Of a stretch of DNA of 64,000 nucleotides, positions 31,101 through 40,833 are shown piece after piece. A model generated the notes under the pieces. That model did not search any database, was not told the origin of the DNA, and was given only the letters and a program-made list of their open reading frames with translations. Origin of the DNA: Rubripirellula sp. (lineage in GTDB: Bacteria; Planctomycetota; Planctomycetia; Pirellulales; Pirellulaceae); contig OZ244207.1 in NCBI GenBank assembly GCA_965216875.1, forward strand, positions 384,001 through 448,000. The letters run 5' to 3'. The translations under genes were made by a program, and so were the position numbers. The first letter of the stretch is position 1, and every line of letters begins with the position of its first letter.

Positions 31101-31916
31101 GTCGACTTGAGTGTCAAGCACTACGCCGAGGTGACGGACTCGAACGGATTCGAAATGTCGCACACGCGGTGGTTGGCCGTTTGGGCCCACTGGCATCTCG
31201 GTAGTTGGAGCAAGATGTTCGACATGGCCGACTTGATGCTTGAGGATGCGATTCGGCGCAACGATCTATTTCAACAACTCATTCTTTGCGAAGGATACGG
31301 TTGTTCGGCATGGCTGGCTCGCGACCGCGTTGCCGAATGGGATCGGCTGGCGACGCATCGGAACGAAGTTGCGTTTGGACGTTCGACCCAGTTGTTTCAT
31401 ATCTTTTCGTGGATTGCATCGGTCCATCGAGCCATTTACGAGGGGCTGTTTGACACTGCGTGGCAACACTTCAAGCAGATGGAATCCGAAGTCCGTCAGT
31501 TGCCCTATTCGAAATTGCAATTGCTGAGAGTGGTGCAGCATTCCCTCGGCGCGTTGACGGCGTTGCATCTGTTTCGTCGCGAGCAGTCACCGCGTTGGGC
31601 TCGACGAGTCGAAAAACAGATTCGGCGGCTGCGCAATGAGCGTCTGAAGTACGCCAGCGTTGTGGCTGACTTGTATGACGGCCTGTATCGCATGTTTCGA
31701 GCCGAAACGCCTGAGCAAGTTGCCGTCGCTGAGGGCTTGCTGAAGTCCGCGAGCTGTGATGCCAATGAGTTAGGGTTGAAGCCGTTCCAGCTTGCTGCTG
31801 ACGACGCGCTGTCCCGCGTCGGGCTGGGCGAATCAATGGGAATGCTCAGGGAACGAATGAAGGCGCGGGGTGTCGTTCGCCCAATGTTGTTCGAACGTCT
31901 CTATACGGTCACCTAA
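28143..31916 (+). CDS. Ser/Thr protein kinase fused to a STAND-type P-loop ATPase and helical repeats
   Basis: LGRGTSGFVY, ALK, HRDIKPQN, DYG, GTPRYFSPE; GRSGIGKT; ILDDAQWAD. Confidence 0.9.
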   Translation: MMSPMVDERFKEPSSDTRVRVQGDKDTAHGEGSANDMKPPWNEGDVLGEFVLEKQLGRGTSGFVYRAMDQRVQRRCALKLLMPMILPEDLVRNKLGFRRMMSIEHPSLLKVHRIHQLDKTTAMSMEEVHGKTLNHAVKELKKLDAAEAYSRLVRLTRDYAAGLAVMHVNGYVHRDIKPQNLMVDSEGHGRIIDYGLVGTFDPETDPNGYRHYLAGTPRYFSPETLWYQHYLPAGDIFSLGVVMLEALHTIKWEHEEDVFKRSEKSSRDDAENLSEAIEGLDQSVPDELREMCLEMLQREPGERPTAMEVARVGLTTTLRFDFPQETSLVGRRQERTTALNWLDDIYDGGVGRLHITGRSGIGKTRLVDEIERYAHLKRWGQVFRVRCRSRENQPLQAFDQVCDEIANRYRRGDREPLELDTVSATILHNIFPVLKNVLQCSMKMVPPGTSTERLDALEAAARLSVQLRKVGPVVVILDDAQWADRDSLNALDRLQTAQDDRGLGIITVSRDAEDPQRLPASCRIDVTPLSESDSKTILKAAAERWDVGLSDKIMDRLIEVAEGVPFRLHELADEFRPGRALADLSELSTMDASVQNVGQIQWLWQHRRARLSEEAYQVLLYVVTAGCKVSTEQLGRLTTLGDAVDAAVSELAQQRLVIDDATGGECIQIVHDQVADSLVETLTGEEKRKAHQAWAALLVREDHPERLAARIAGHFIAAEQPWRAVSYAVLAAEEAERLVAMTEAARWHAMVVNHVKGKEKITRIRHAARCFHQADRPVEAAEYYRQLLEHVDENERVECRLLIASLSIRSGRFEDARQQVQQLARVIGLPRRKSSLVSKLSLGYKTLSVMVRELISRNESIEEKLNKPPRSEGEQAHLAQQQLRVCVTLARPMSMFENLHSAELNMMGLWLAQRDGTAAQRVHAIVGRSVFGCYDRGNNRVNSETALYDIRPFVKELGNPRASGDMWAGVAYSHALSHRWQQVPETVDLSVKHYAEVTDSNGFEMSHTRWLAVWAHWHLGSWSKMFDMADLMLEDAIRRNDLFQQLILCEGYGCSAWLARDRVAEWDRLATHRNEVAFGRSTQLFHIFSWIASVHRAIYEGLFDTAWQHFKQMESEVRQLPYSKLQLLRVVQHSLGALTALHLFRREQSPRWARRVEKQIRRLRNERLKYASVVADLYDGLYRMFRAETPEQVAVAEGLLKSASCDANELGLKPFQLAADDALSRVGLGESMGMLRERMKARGVVRPMLFERLYTVT

Positions 31917-32180
31917 TCGGTTGCGGGCTGGCGGCGGACTCGATGGTTCGCCCGTTCGGCAATCGCTCGTGCCCTGAGCGTCTTTGCGACCCGCGCTGGT
32001 TGCGTCTTTGAGATTAAGGGCGGTCGTAGGATTTAGCGATCACGGGTTGAAAGCAGAATTTTGCTTGAATCGTTTTTTTCGCCCTTGTCGATCGACTTTC
32101 TCAAGCGGTAGTGTGAACGGCTGCAAATGGGTGAGCTAGGGTATTTCAGACCCCAACTCCTGCCCCCACCCGAAATCATC

Positions 32181-33515
32181 GTGTCCGCAACCCTCACGAT
32201 TTCCGACTTGATTGATCCCACGAATCTGCCGAGCACCTCTGACGGTCCTTGGTCGAAACGTCTCTCGGATCAATACGATATTGAGCTTTCTTCTGATTTG
32301 GCCGATTGGTTCGACCGCGAGCTGTGGTTGAAGACTGGCCACGGTGAATTCCGCGACCCCGTCTCGCCACGCCAACTTCTCGACGATCCGGCGGAGGTCA
32401 TTTGGCCCGGTCTGATGCCGTGCGATTTGTTGCCTGTGTTGGGGAACGAGGCCGGCGATTGGCTTTGCGTAAGGGTCGGTGCGGACAACCGAGCGAGCGA
32501 GATCGTTCAGTGGTATCACGGTGGTGGTGACTGGCTGCCTTGGGGCAACTCCCTTGCCGACGCTCTCTTTTTTGATGCCCTGAGCGAAAGGTTGCCGAGT
32601 CCGGCCAGGCGACATGCTGTGCCCGCGGAGGAGCCACGAAGATCCAACGCCGTCGAAAGTGACGAGCTACTGCGGTGGGCTAGCGAGCATGTCGATTCAG
32701 AGGTTGCCGATTTGCTCAAGCCTTCGCACTCTGCCGAGCATGTCGCGGAAGTCATGCTTGGGCACCGAGTCGCCGAAGTTGCGGTGCGTTGCGAGCTGGT
32801 TCAGTCCGCATTGAAGGAAACCTTATCGGCCACGCTCGACCCAACGACCGCACAACAGATCGGCGTTGATTGGAATGAAGTGGTGCAGTGGATGTTTGAC
32901 ATGCAGCGGATGCCTGTCGAAACGCGCCAGCGGCTTCAACGAGATTACGGGCTAACGATTTCCGTCCCGCAAGATTGGCAGGCTGCGGAACAACACAGCC
33001 GCGCAGTCATTCAGCTTTCACCCGAATTGGCTTGGGCCTGGGATGTGATCGGGTACGCTGCCGAGCGAAACGAGGATTCGAAGCAAGCGATCGACGCCTA
33101 TTGTCGCGCCGCCGAGTGCTCGGTGTTTACGGATCAATCGGTTCGGCTGAGGACCTATTGGACGGCCGACCATGCCGCAAAGTTTTCGGCGTCTCGATTG
33201 CTGGCCGGCTATTCGGATGTCGTTTCGCGTTCGGAATACTTGGGGATGCTGTGCGACGAAGACGCCCTTTCGCGGCGTCAGCGAATCACGAAACACTGGC
33301 AAGCCAAGGCCGAGGCTGCCGAGCAACGCGAAGATTGGAGCGAGGCCCACCGATGTCGTGTCGCATCGGGATGGGATCTCGGCGCGGAACCGCTGGCTGC
33401 CTTCGCCGAGATTCTCGATCATGTTGCAGTCGCTGCGGAGCGATCCGGCCAAAAGGGACGTGCTCAGGTCGCCTTGACCCATCGTCGTTGCATGCGAGAA
33501 CGCTACGATATCTAG
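32181..33515 (+). CDS. SMI1/KNR4-like N-terminal domain protein with TPR-like C-terminus
   Basis: LLPVLGNEAGDWLC...IVQW.H; AWAWDVIGYAA..A.DAY; GTG start assumed. Confidence 0.6.
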   Translation: MSATLTISDLIDPTNLPSTSDGPWSKRLSDQYDIELSSDLADWFDRELWLKTGHGEFRDPVSPRQLLDDPAEVIWPGLMPCDLLPVLGNEAGDWLCVRVGADNRASEIVQWYHGGGDWLPWGNSLADALFFDALSERLPSPARRHAVPAEEPRRSNAVESDELLRWASEHVDSEVADLLKPSHSAEHVAEVMLGHRVAEVAVRCELVQSALKETLSATLDPTTAQQIGVDWNEVVQWMFDMQRMPVETRQRLQRDYGLTISVPQDWQAAEQHSRAVIQLSPELAWAWDVIGYAAERNEDSKQAIDAYCRAAECSVFTDQSVRLRTYWTADHAAKFSASRLLAGYSDVVSRSEYLGMLCDEDALSRRQRITKHWQAKAEAAEQREDWSEAHRCRVASGWDLGAEPLAAFAEILDHVAVAAERSGQKGRAQVALTHRRCMRERYDI

Positions 33516-33602
33516 AGGTCACCTTCGTGGATTCGGTTTGTCGCCTGCGCGACGACCGCTGGGTTCACGATCCTTAGCACTTCTTCCAGCCCGATCCAAG
33601 CA

Positions 33603-34289
33603 ATGGCCGATTCGTCTGACGCCGAAACCTCAAACATCGTCTGGCACGACCACAGCGTTGCCCGCCAAGAAAGAGAGCGGAATCTATCCCAAAAAGGGGG
33701 CGTGATTTGGTTCACAGGACTGAGCGGATGTGGCAAAAGTACGATTGCCAACGAACTCGATCGGCTCTTAGTCGGATCGGGTCGAGCGACGATGCTGCTT
33801 GATGGCGACAACATCCGCCATGGCCTGTGTGCGCCGCCAGCGGCACTCTCGGACGAGCATGGCCAGGAGTTCGCGGATCGGTTTGGGCTTGGTTTTGGCG
33901 AGATCGACCGCGAGGAGAACATACGCCGGATCGGTCACGTTGCCTCGCTGATGGCTTCCTCGGGCTTGATCACGTTGACCGCATTCGTCAGTCCCTATCG
34001 CCGAGATCGCGACCGAGTCCGCAAGATCGTCGAATCGGCAGGTGCCGAGGGCGACTTCATCGAGGTCTTTGTCGATACACCGCTCGAGATTTGTGAGGCG
34101 AGGGACCCGAAGGGGCTCTACAAAAAGGCCCGGGCTGGGGAAATCAAGAACTTCACGGGGATCAGCGATCCCTACGAAGCACCCGATTCGCCGGAATGCC
34201 ACCTCCGTGGCGGGGATGACCGGACGCCGACCGAGCAGGCCCAAGAGGTGCTTTCGTTGTTGTCCGACCGCAGGATCATCAACGTTTGA
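33603..34289 (+). CDS. cysC: Adenylyl-sulfate kinase
   Basis: [49 protein letters not shown]. Confidence 0.95.
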   Translation: MADSSDAETSNIVWHDHSVARQERERNLSQKGGVIWFTGLSGCGKSTIANELDRLLVGSGRATMLLDGDNIRHGLCAPPAALSDEHGQEFADRFGLGFGEIDREENIRRIGHVASLMASSGLITLTAFVSPYRRDRDRVRKIVESAGAEGDFIEVFVDTPLEICEARDPKGLYKKARAGEIKNFTGISDPYEAPDSPECHLRGGDDRTPTEQAQEVLSLLSDRRIINV

Positions 34290-34351
34290 GGCGGAACCGA
34301 CCCACAGCAGAAAAGGCTCGAACTTTCGTGGAAGGGCCCCTCAATTTGCCG

Positions 34352-34379
34352 TTGCGTTGGTTGGCCGCGGCGTTACACT
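34352..34379 (+). promoter_or_regulatory. Candidate sigma-70 promoter of rpsO
   Basis: TTGCGT-16 nt-TACACT, about 48 nt upstream of the ATG. Confidence 0.45.
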
Positions 34380-34427
34380 TACGGGCCAACATAAGCGTGA
34401 TAGAACGAAAAGTAGAAACTAAAACGA

Positions 34428-34697
34428 ATGACGATCTCGAAAGAGCGAAAAACCGAGGTAATTGGCCAATTCCGACATGCGGACGCCGATACCGGCTCGC
34501 CTGAGGTGCAAATTGCCATCTTGACCGAGCGGATTAACGGGCTAACAGAACACATGCGAACTCATCGCAAAGATTACGCATCACGGCGTGGTCTGCTGGG
34601 TTTGGTCAGCCGTCGCCGACGTTTGCTTGACTATGTGCGAGGTGAGGACCCGCAGCGATATCTCGATATCATTGGAAAACTGGGCATTCGTAAGTAG
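34428..34697 (+). CDS. rpsO: 30S ribosomal protein S15
   Basis: [32 protein letters not shown]. Confidence 0.98.
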   Translation: MTISKERKTEVIGQFRHADADTGSPEVQIAILTERINGLTEHMRTHRKDYASRRGLLGLVSRRRRLLDYVRGEDPQRYLDIIGKLGIRK

Positions 34698-35102
34698 CCC
34701 AGCTTGACTGCCCAGGACGCGACGAAGGCAACCGCCGATCGCCCCGGTGGGCGGCGGCATCCTGTTCTCATCTGTCTCTTGGCGGTCTGGCGGAGCAATG
34801 CGTTTCCTGCATTTGCCCGGTGCTGATCCATGCTCCTGCGCGCTGCAACAGGCGCATTGGTTGGATCGACTTCCCACCAGCCGACTCATCTCGGCGGCGC
34901 CACCTCTCACCGACGGATCGTTCGATCATTTCTTCTGTTGATCACTTGCCGGCAATCCCCACGAATGCGTCATTGGCCGACGCACACGAGGCGATCAGTC
35001 TGCAAGAATATTTCTGTGTAGGCATTAAAGAGTAGGGTCACTCACCGCGGCATCAAATCGTATGCAAAGCATGTCACGGGAGCGGCTCAAGCTAGAAGGA
35101 CT

Positions 35103-37400
35103 TTGAAAGTGACTGAAAAAAAAATCCGAGTCGAAAAACAAATCGGTCGTCAAACGCTTTCGTTTGAGACTGGCCAACTCGCCAAACAAGCTGCCGGAGC
35201 CGTTTCGGTGCAGTATGGCGAGACCGTTGTTTTGGTTGCTGCGGCATCGAGCGATCCGCGACCAGGGCTCGACTTCTTTCCGCTGATGTGTGATTACCGC
35301 GAGCGTTTGGCTGCAGCCGGAAAGTTCCCAGGCGGTTTCCTGAAGCGAGAAGGCCGACCGAGCACCAAGGAAACATTGAGCGCTCGCTTGATGGACCGCC
35401 CCATCCGTCCGCTTTGGCCCCAGGGCTATAAGGACGAAGTGCAAGTTCAAGCTTTCGTGATGGCAAGTGACTTGCAAAACGATGGCGACGTGTTGGCCAT
35501 GAATGGTGCGGCCGCCGCGCTTCACATCAGCGAACTTCCTTTCCAAGGCCCGCTCGGTAGCGTTCGTGTCGGTAAGGTTGACGGTGAACTGATCGCTTTC
35601 CCAACTCACGCCGAGTTGGAAGAGAGCGAACTGGACATGATCGTTAGCGGCTCGAAAGAAGAAGTCGCCATGATCGAAGGCTTCGCGCACGAGATGCCCG
35701 AAGACGACATGTTGGAAGCCATCCGGTTTGCTCACGGTGTCATCCGCGACGTGATCGACCTCCAGGAAGAGCTTTACCAAAAGGTCAATCCACAGAAGAA
35801 AGAATTCATCCCACCAGAGGATGATGGCCTGCTCGGACGTTTGACTGAAACCTATTACGACGACTTCAAGACCGCCCAGCAAACTCCTGGCAAGCACGAT
35901 CGTGCTGACGCAGTGAAGGCACTTCGTGACCGTGCAATGGGCGAAGTCATTCCGGATCCCAACGCCGATGACGCCGTCTGCGAAAAGCGCTTCAAGACCG
36001 TTTGGCACGACCTCGAAGAAAAGGTCGTTCGCGATCTGATCACCGCAGGCACGCGACCCGACGGCCGCGACAACGAAAGCCTGCGTCCGATCTACTGCGA
36101 AACGGACTTGCTTCCGCAGGTACATGGTTCGGCCATGTTCCAGCGTGGCGAAACTCAGGCCTTTGTCACCATCGCACTCGGTACCGCTCGCGATGAACAG
36201 CGTGTCGACGGTTTGATGGATGAGTACAGCAAGAAGTTCATGCTGGACTACAACTTCCCATCCTTCTCGGTTGGCGAATGTCGTCCGATTCGCGGCCCAG
36301 GTCGTCGTGAGATTGGTCACGGTTGCTTGGCCGAACGCAGTGTCGCTCCGGTCCTGCCCCAAGCCGATGACTTCCCCTATACGATTCGTGTGATCAGCGA
36401 CATCCTTGAGTCGAACGGAAGTAGCTCGATGGCGTCGGTTTGTGGTGCCACGCTTGGTCTGATGGCTTCGGGTGTTCCAATCAGCAATCCGGTTGCCGGT
36501 ATCTCGGTCGGTTTGGTTCGCAACTCACCAGACGATTGGGTTCTGTTGACGGACATTCTTGGAACAGAAGATCACTTCGGCGACATGGACTTCAAGATTG
36601 CTGGTACGCAAAACGGTATCACCGGTATCCAGCTCGACTTGAAAGTAACCGGTATTAGCGAAGACATCATTCGTGCGACGCTCAAGCAATCGCGCGAAGC
36701 ACGCATCGAAATCCTTCGCAAAATGTTGACCACCATCTCGCGTCCACGTCGCGAAATCTCAGCGACTGCACCGCGTTTGCTTCGCACCAAGATTTCGCCG
36801 GACAAAATTGGCGCACTCATCGGTCCTGGCGGCAAGAACATTCGTGGCATCCAAGAAACCACGGGTGCCGTGATCGAAGTCGATGATGACGGAACCGTGT
36901 TGGTCGCAAGTAACAACAAGGAATCGGCCGAAGAAGCGATGAAGGCTGTCGAAGCTTGCACCGCAACCGTTCAGATCGGCAAGATCTACGACGGCGTGGT
37001 CAGCAGCATCAAGGAGTTTGGTGCGTTTGTCGAAATCTTGCCTGGTCGCGATGGCCTTTGCCACATTTCGGAACTGAGCAACGGTTACATCAGCAGCATC
37101 GACAAAGTCGTGAACGTTGGCGATGCAATGAAAGTTCTGGTGATCGACGTCGACGAGCATGACCGTGTGAAGCTGAGCCGACGTCGTGCGTTGGAAGAGC
37201 TTGGTGAAGAAGACGAGATCGCTGCTGCAGCCGAGTCGGACGATCGTGGCGAACGATCCGAACGTGGTGATCGTGATCGTGACCGCGGTGACCGAGACGA
37301 TGATCGTCCTCGCCGTCGTCGTGGTGGGGGCGGTCGTGGCCGCAACCGCGAAGGCAGTGGTAACAGTGGTGGTGGCGGCGGTGGTCGCTACCGCGACTAA
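35103..37400 (+). CDS. pnp: Polyribonucleotide nucleotidyltransferase
   Basis: [46 protein letters not shown] and S1 domains; start uncertain (TTG/GTG). Confidence 0.97.
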   Translation: MKVTEKKIRVEKQIGRQTLSFETGQLAKQAAGAVSVQYGETVVLVAAASSDPRPGLDFFPLMCDYRERLAAAGKFPGGFLKREGRPSTKETLSARLMDRPIRPLWPQGYKDEVQVQAFVMASDLQNDGDVLAMNGAAAALHISELPFQGPLGSVRVGKVDGELIAFPTHAELEESELDMIVSGSKEEVAMIEGFAHEMPEDDMLEAIRFAHGVIRDVIDLQEELYQKVNPQKKEFIPPEDDGLLGRLTETYYDDFKTAQQTPGKHDRADAVKALRDRAMGEVIPDPNADDAVCEKRFKTVWHDLEEKVVRDLITAGTRPDGRDNESLRPIYCETDLLPQVHGSAMFQRGETQAFVTIALGTARDEQRVDGLMDEYSKKFMLDYNFPSFSVGECRPIRGPGRREIGHGCLAERSVAPVLPQADDFPYTIRVISDILESNGSSSMASVCGATLGLMASGVPISNPVAGISVGLVRNSPDDWVLLTDILGTEDHFGDMDFKIAGTQNGITGIQLDLKVTGISEDIIRATLKQSREARIEILRKMLTTISRPRREISATAPRLLRTKISPDKIGALIGPGGKNIRGIQETTGAVIEVDDDGTVLVASNNKESAEEAMKAVEACTATVQIGKIYDGVVSSIKEFGAFVEILPGRDGLCHISELSNGYISSIDKVVNVGDAMKVLVIDVDEHDRVKLSRRRALEELGEEDEIAAAAESDDRGERSERGDRDRDRGDRDDDRPRRRRGGGGRGRNREGSGNSGGGGGGRYRD

Positions 37401-37422
37401 GCCTCGCCGTTTGATTCAAAGC

Positions 37423-37458
37423 AACGTCGCCACGCCCAACGCGTGGCGACGTTTTTTT
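37423..37458 (+). terminator. Intrinsic terminator of pnp
   Basis: AACGTCGCCACGC-CCAAC-GCGTGGCGACGTT followed by a T-run. Confidence 0.88.
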
Positions 37459-37495
37459 GTGCGCAGCCCGTCCCCGCGTTCTGGCGTACACTCGA

Positions 37496-37850
37496 GCAAT
37501 CACCCTCCCGCTTGCGGGAGGGTCGGACGCTAAAGTCCGGGGAGGGAATGATCGTGACAAAACAGACCCTCTCCGGGCCTTAGAGCCCGACTCTCCCAAG
37601 GGAGAGTGTTTTTAATCGCGCAGTTTCGAAGCCTAGTAGAAACGCAATGAATCCTCGTTACCACGCTCTGCGTGGTAACGCACTTCCGGACGCTCTGCGT
37701 CCCTACGCTTAGGCTTGCGTTCCAGCAACCACCCTCCCGCTTGCGGGAGGGTCGGACGCTAAAGTCCGGGGAGGGATTGATCGCTACAAAGTAGACCCTC
37801 TCCGGGCCTTAGAGCTCGACTCTCCCAAGGGCCCAAGGGAGAGTGTTTTT
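37496..37850. repeat. Two ~115-bp copies of palindromic family C (CCCTCCCGCTTGCGGGAGGG...CTCTCCCAAGGGAGAG) flanking one family D copy (37653-37703)
   Basis: Direct comparison; a third family C copy is inverted at 47271-47382. Confidence 0.88.
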
Positions 37851-37905
37851 AAGCGAGCAGTTTCGAATCCTAGCGGAGGCTCTCGCTGCCATCCGACTTG
37901 CCCCG

Positions 37906-38868
37906 CTAACTCACTCCAAACACTTCGGCGCGGGCCAACATCATCTCGGCCCACCGGGCGTGCGTTTTTACTTCGCACATTGCATCGCCGCTGCGAAACA
38001 CAGCTGGGGCATCTTGTTGCGACAGCTGCAGTGCCATTTCGTATTCGTCGGCCGAAACGCGATAGCTGCGCTCGATGACTGCGATTTGTTCGGGGTGGAT
38101 CGATGACTTGCCAAAGAGTCCTTGCGCCAAGTCTTGCCGGCACTCTGCTGCGAGTAGTTCGGGGCGATCGAAGTAGTCAAACACCGGGCCGGTCAGGTTG
38201 AAACCGAAGGGGCGAAAGGCGGTAACAAGCTGCGGGATCACTGCCGATAGGGGCGTGTCGTAAATCGTGCAGTCCGAAGGTCGTCGCAAGCCAAGGCATT
38301 GGAGTAAATCATTGCCACCGATTCGAAGTGAGAGAACTTGGTCTGCCAAGTCGTGCTGCGCAATGAGATGACGGAGCCCACGCATTTCGTCGGGGTCGAA
38401 GACTTCGGGTGTTTCCAAAGTCAGCATGTTTGCAAAAGGGCTCGCGTCTGGGAGACGTTCGAAATAATCGAGGCAGTTCCATTGTGTCACTTTCGGGAAC
38501 ACGAATCCGTCGATCGCTTGGACGTTGGTCATTCCCAGCACCTGCGAAAGGACCTCGGGATTGCGAACGCGAATGAACCGAAGCAGCGGTGTTGGCTCCA
38601 GGTGTAGTAGCATCGCTTGCAGGTTGCACAGTGAATCGGCGACGTCACCGTCGGCAATCGAGTCTTCAGTGCAAAAGATCACCGAGCGGAGTTTTGGGTA
38701 CTTTTCCATCATCGCGATCTCGACCAGATCGCGGCGTTGCGACGGAACGTAAAGTGAAGCACCGAGACGCAGATAGCGAAGATGCGGATGCGTTATCGGC
38801 GAAGGACATCCTTGATCAAAGCGACGGCTCGAATCGGCAAATTGGGATCGATATTGATCGGAACGCAT
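37906..38868 (-). CDS. HpcH/HpaI aldolase-citrate lyase family protein (Ter-cluster type)
   Basis: LGASLYVP, IFCTEDSI, FIRVR, GFVFPK, LRIGGNDL, GK..IHP.QI; start uncertain. Confidence 0.85.
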   Translation of the reverse strand: MRSDQYRSQFADSSRRFDQGCPSPITHPHLRYLRLGASLYVPSQRRDLVEIAMMEKYPKLRSVIFCTEDSIADGDVADSLCNLQAMLLHLEPTPLLRFIRVRNPEVLSQVLGMTNVQAIDGFVFPKVTQWNCLDYFERLPDASPFANMLTLETPEVFDPDEMRGLRHLIAQHDLADQVLSLRIGGNDLLQCLGLRRPSDCTIYDTPLSAVIPQLVTAFRPFGFNLTGPVFDYFDRPELLAAECRQDLAQGLFGKSSIHPEQIAVIERSYRVSADEYEMALQLSQQDAPAVFRSGDAMCEVKTHARWAEMMLARAEVFGVS

Positions 38869-39917
38869 TTCTGCTCGGCTAGATGAAGAAGATGTTGGAC
38901 TTCCTGGTCACGTTCATTTCGTACGATAAGCATATCGGGAACGCGTCTCAGCAGGACACGCGTTGCTTCGCAGATTCCCGGTTTGACGTGATTGAAGTTG
39001 GAGATGCTGTAGTCTGCCATCACCGACTTCAACCAGCTTTGTGAGATCGTGGCTGTTCTTGTTGACGGCAGGTGCAAAGCTGGCGCGCTGAAGGATGCCA
39101 ACTTTGGTTTCATCGCATTCCAAACGCGATCGGCAAACGAGGTCGAAATGTCGAACGCGGCGAGTTCGTTTAGAAAGAGGCAGCCGTGAAAGGAACGATT
39201 CGCGATCACTTCATCATTCAGGATGGATCGGCTCACTAGGCCTGCGACCGTTGCCCCGAGGATCGCGGAGGGGATCAGGTAGTCTTCATCGGTCGCGGCG
39301 GTTGCGATCCCGCAAAGGTCGGCGACGGCAAACAGTTCGTCACTGAGGCCCGTGTCGTTTTCAGCGTTGTAGGAAGCGATGGCAGACTGAAGTTCGCGTC
39401 CGATCACTCCCTTTCCTGTCCAGCCGTCAAGGAATCGCACATCGGTCGCATCGTGTCGCGACAAGATCCAATTCAGCGCGTGAGCGTCGATGCCGCGATC
39501 GCGAATGATCGAAATGGAATAGTGAGTGCAGTCGAAGCCGAGGCTTCTCAGTGCGCGACCGACGAGAACTCCGATCGGCGTTCCGGCGCGAGCAAGCGAA
39601 GCGAGCGGGATGTCGTTCGCTTGGCTCGATTGCGCGATCAAATTGGCGAGGATGCAAAGGTCACTTGCGAAGCGGTCGAGATTGCGGTCAACGGCCGAAT
39701 TGAACAACGCCATGTACTCGGGCGTCGGCTCGGCCTCGCGGCTGATCATTTCGCTGTAGTGTTTCTTTCCGGACTGGATCAGCCGTTCCTTCTCGGCGAT
39801 CGGAGTCGGCTCGACCTCGATCGGCTCCAAGAGGAACGTTACATCTTCGGCGTCGTACGACCCCGAGAAGTCTTGCGACCCTGGACAGTGATCGCTCGGT
39901 GTGATTGACTCGCTCAC
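38793..39917 (-). CDS. StiP-family (PRTase-like / 'cysteine protease') protein with C-terminal Pelota-like domain
   Basis: GSY...DV.FLL, E.LIQSG..HYSEM, SLARAGTPIG, HYSISIIRDRGID, DGWTGKG.I, KPGI.EATRVLLRRVP. Confidence 0.88.
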   Translation of the reverse strand: MSESITPSDHCPGSQDFSGSYDAEDVTFLLEPIEVEPTPIAEKERLIQSGKKHYSEMISREAEPTPEYMALFNSAVDRNLDRFASDLCILANLIAQSSQANDIPLASLARAGTPIGVLVGRALRSLGFDCTHYSISIIRDRGIDAHALNWILSRHDATDVRFLDGWTGKGVIGRELQSAIASYNAENDTGLSDELFAVADLCGIATAATDEDYLIPSAILGATVAGLVSRSILNDEVIANRSFHGCLFLNELAAFDISTSFADRVWNAMKPKLASFSAPALHLPSTRTATISQSWLKSVMADYSISNFNHVKPGICEATRVLLRRVPDMLIVRNERDQEVQHLLHLAEQKCVPINIDPNLPIRAVALIKDVLRR

Positions 39918-40690
39918 GCTTCGCCCTCGGCCAGGAATCGTTGAGCGATACAGCTCCAGAGTTCACTGTTTTGGGGCAGGATGGCAAAGTCGCAAAGGTC
40001 AAGGAAGCCGGCGTCGAGTTCCGAGTCGCCAACGCCGATCGTGCAAGTCGATGTGGTCAGTTCGGTCTGCAGCAGATGTTCGGCGGCGTGTCTTTTGTCG
40101 ACGCATTGAGGGATGAAGTAGAGGTTGGCATCTTGTTGGACAACGCGTCCGATCTTCGCCCATTGCGATGATTGAAGTTCCAACGCAAGTTCGCTGATTA
40201 GCGATGTGTCACCCGTGCGGTCTTTCGCATTCACGAAAAAATGGGCGTTGTTGCACGTGCCGAAACGGACAATGGGGTTCTCGCGGCACGCGAGTTTTTG
40301 TTCAGCGATTCCAAGAGCGTCGCGGAGCGGTTCCTGGATCGGTGCAAGGCGTGCGTTCATGATCGATTGCCACTGCGCATCGATTTGACCCTGTTTCAGT
40401 ATCACCGCTCCGCAGTGAACGATCCCGAACTCAGTCGTTGGCAAATGCGCCCGGTGGAACTGTTCGAGTGACCGACACGTCGCGGGAATGATCTCGCACG
40501 ATTCGAAGAGCCATTTCGAGAAGCTCTGTTGATGAGGGAGCTGAAAAGCGTTGGGAGTACCGTCGGGGCCGCAAGCGCCGGTGGCGAGTCGGTCGATTTG
40601 TTCGTTGTCGAGTCCTGCAAACTCTTTCAGTTTGCGTCGAGACTGAAAGAGCGTGTCGTCGAGGTCAAGAAAGACGGTCGGCTGGTGCAT
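39914..40690 (-). CDS. HAD-superfamily hydrolase (Ter-cluster type)
   Basis: FLDLDDTLFQS.RK, K..A, GVGDSELD..F. Confidence 0.85.
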   Translation of the reverse strand: MHQPTVFLDLDDTLFQSRRKLKEFAGLDNEQIDRLATGACGPDGTPNAFQLPHQQSFSKWLFESCEIIPATCRSLEQFHRAHLPTTEFGIVHCGAVILKQGQIDAQWQSIMNARLAPIQEPLRDALGIAEQKLACRENPIVRFGTCNNAHFFVNAKDRTGDTSLISELALELQSSQWAKIGRVVQQDANLYFIPQCVDKRHAAEHLLQTELTTSTCTIGVGDSELDAGFLDLCDFAILPQNSELWSCIAQRFLAEGEA

Positions 40691-40833
40691 GTTGGCTTGC
40701 GAGTGGTAAGCATATTAAATCAGCCCTGCGCGATTGACGCGGCCAATTCCAACAGCGAAAATCCTGCTGCCGTGAACGATGTGTTCACACCATGGTATCG
40801 CCATTTCGTCCTAATTGTTCATGGTGTCTGTCG

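Noticed and set aside
35025..36362. 445-aa minus-strand ORF
   Set aside because: Antisense shadow of pnp.
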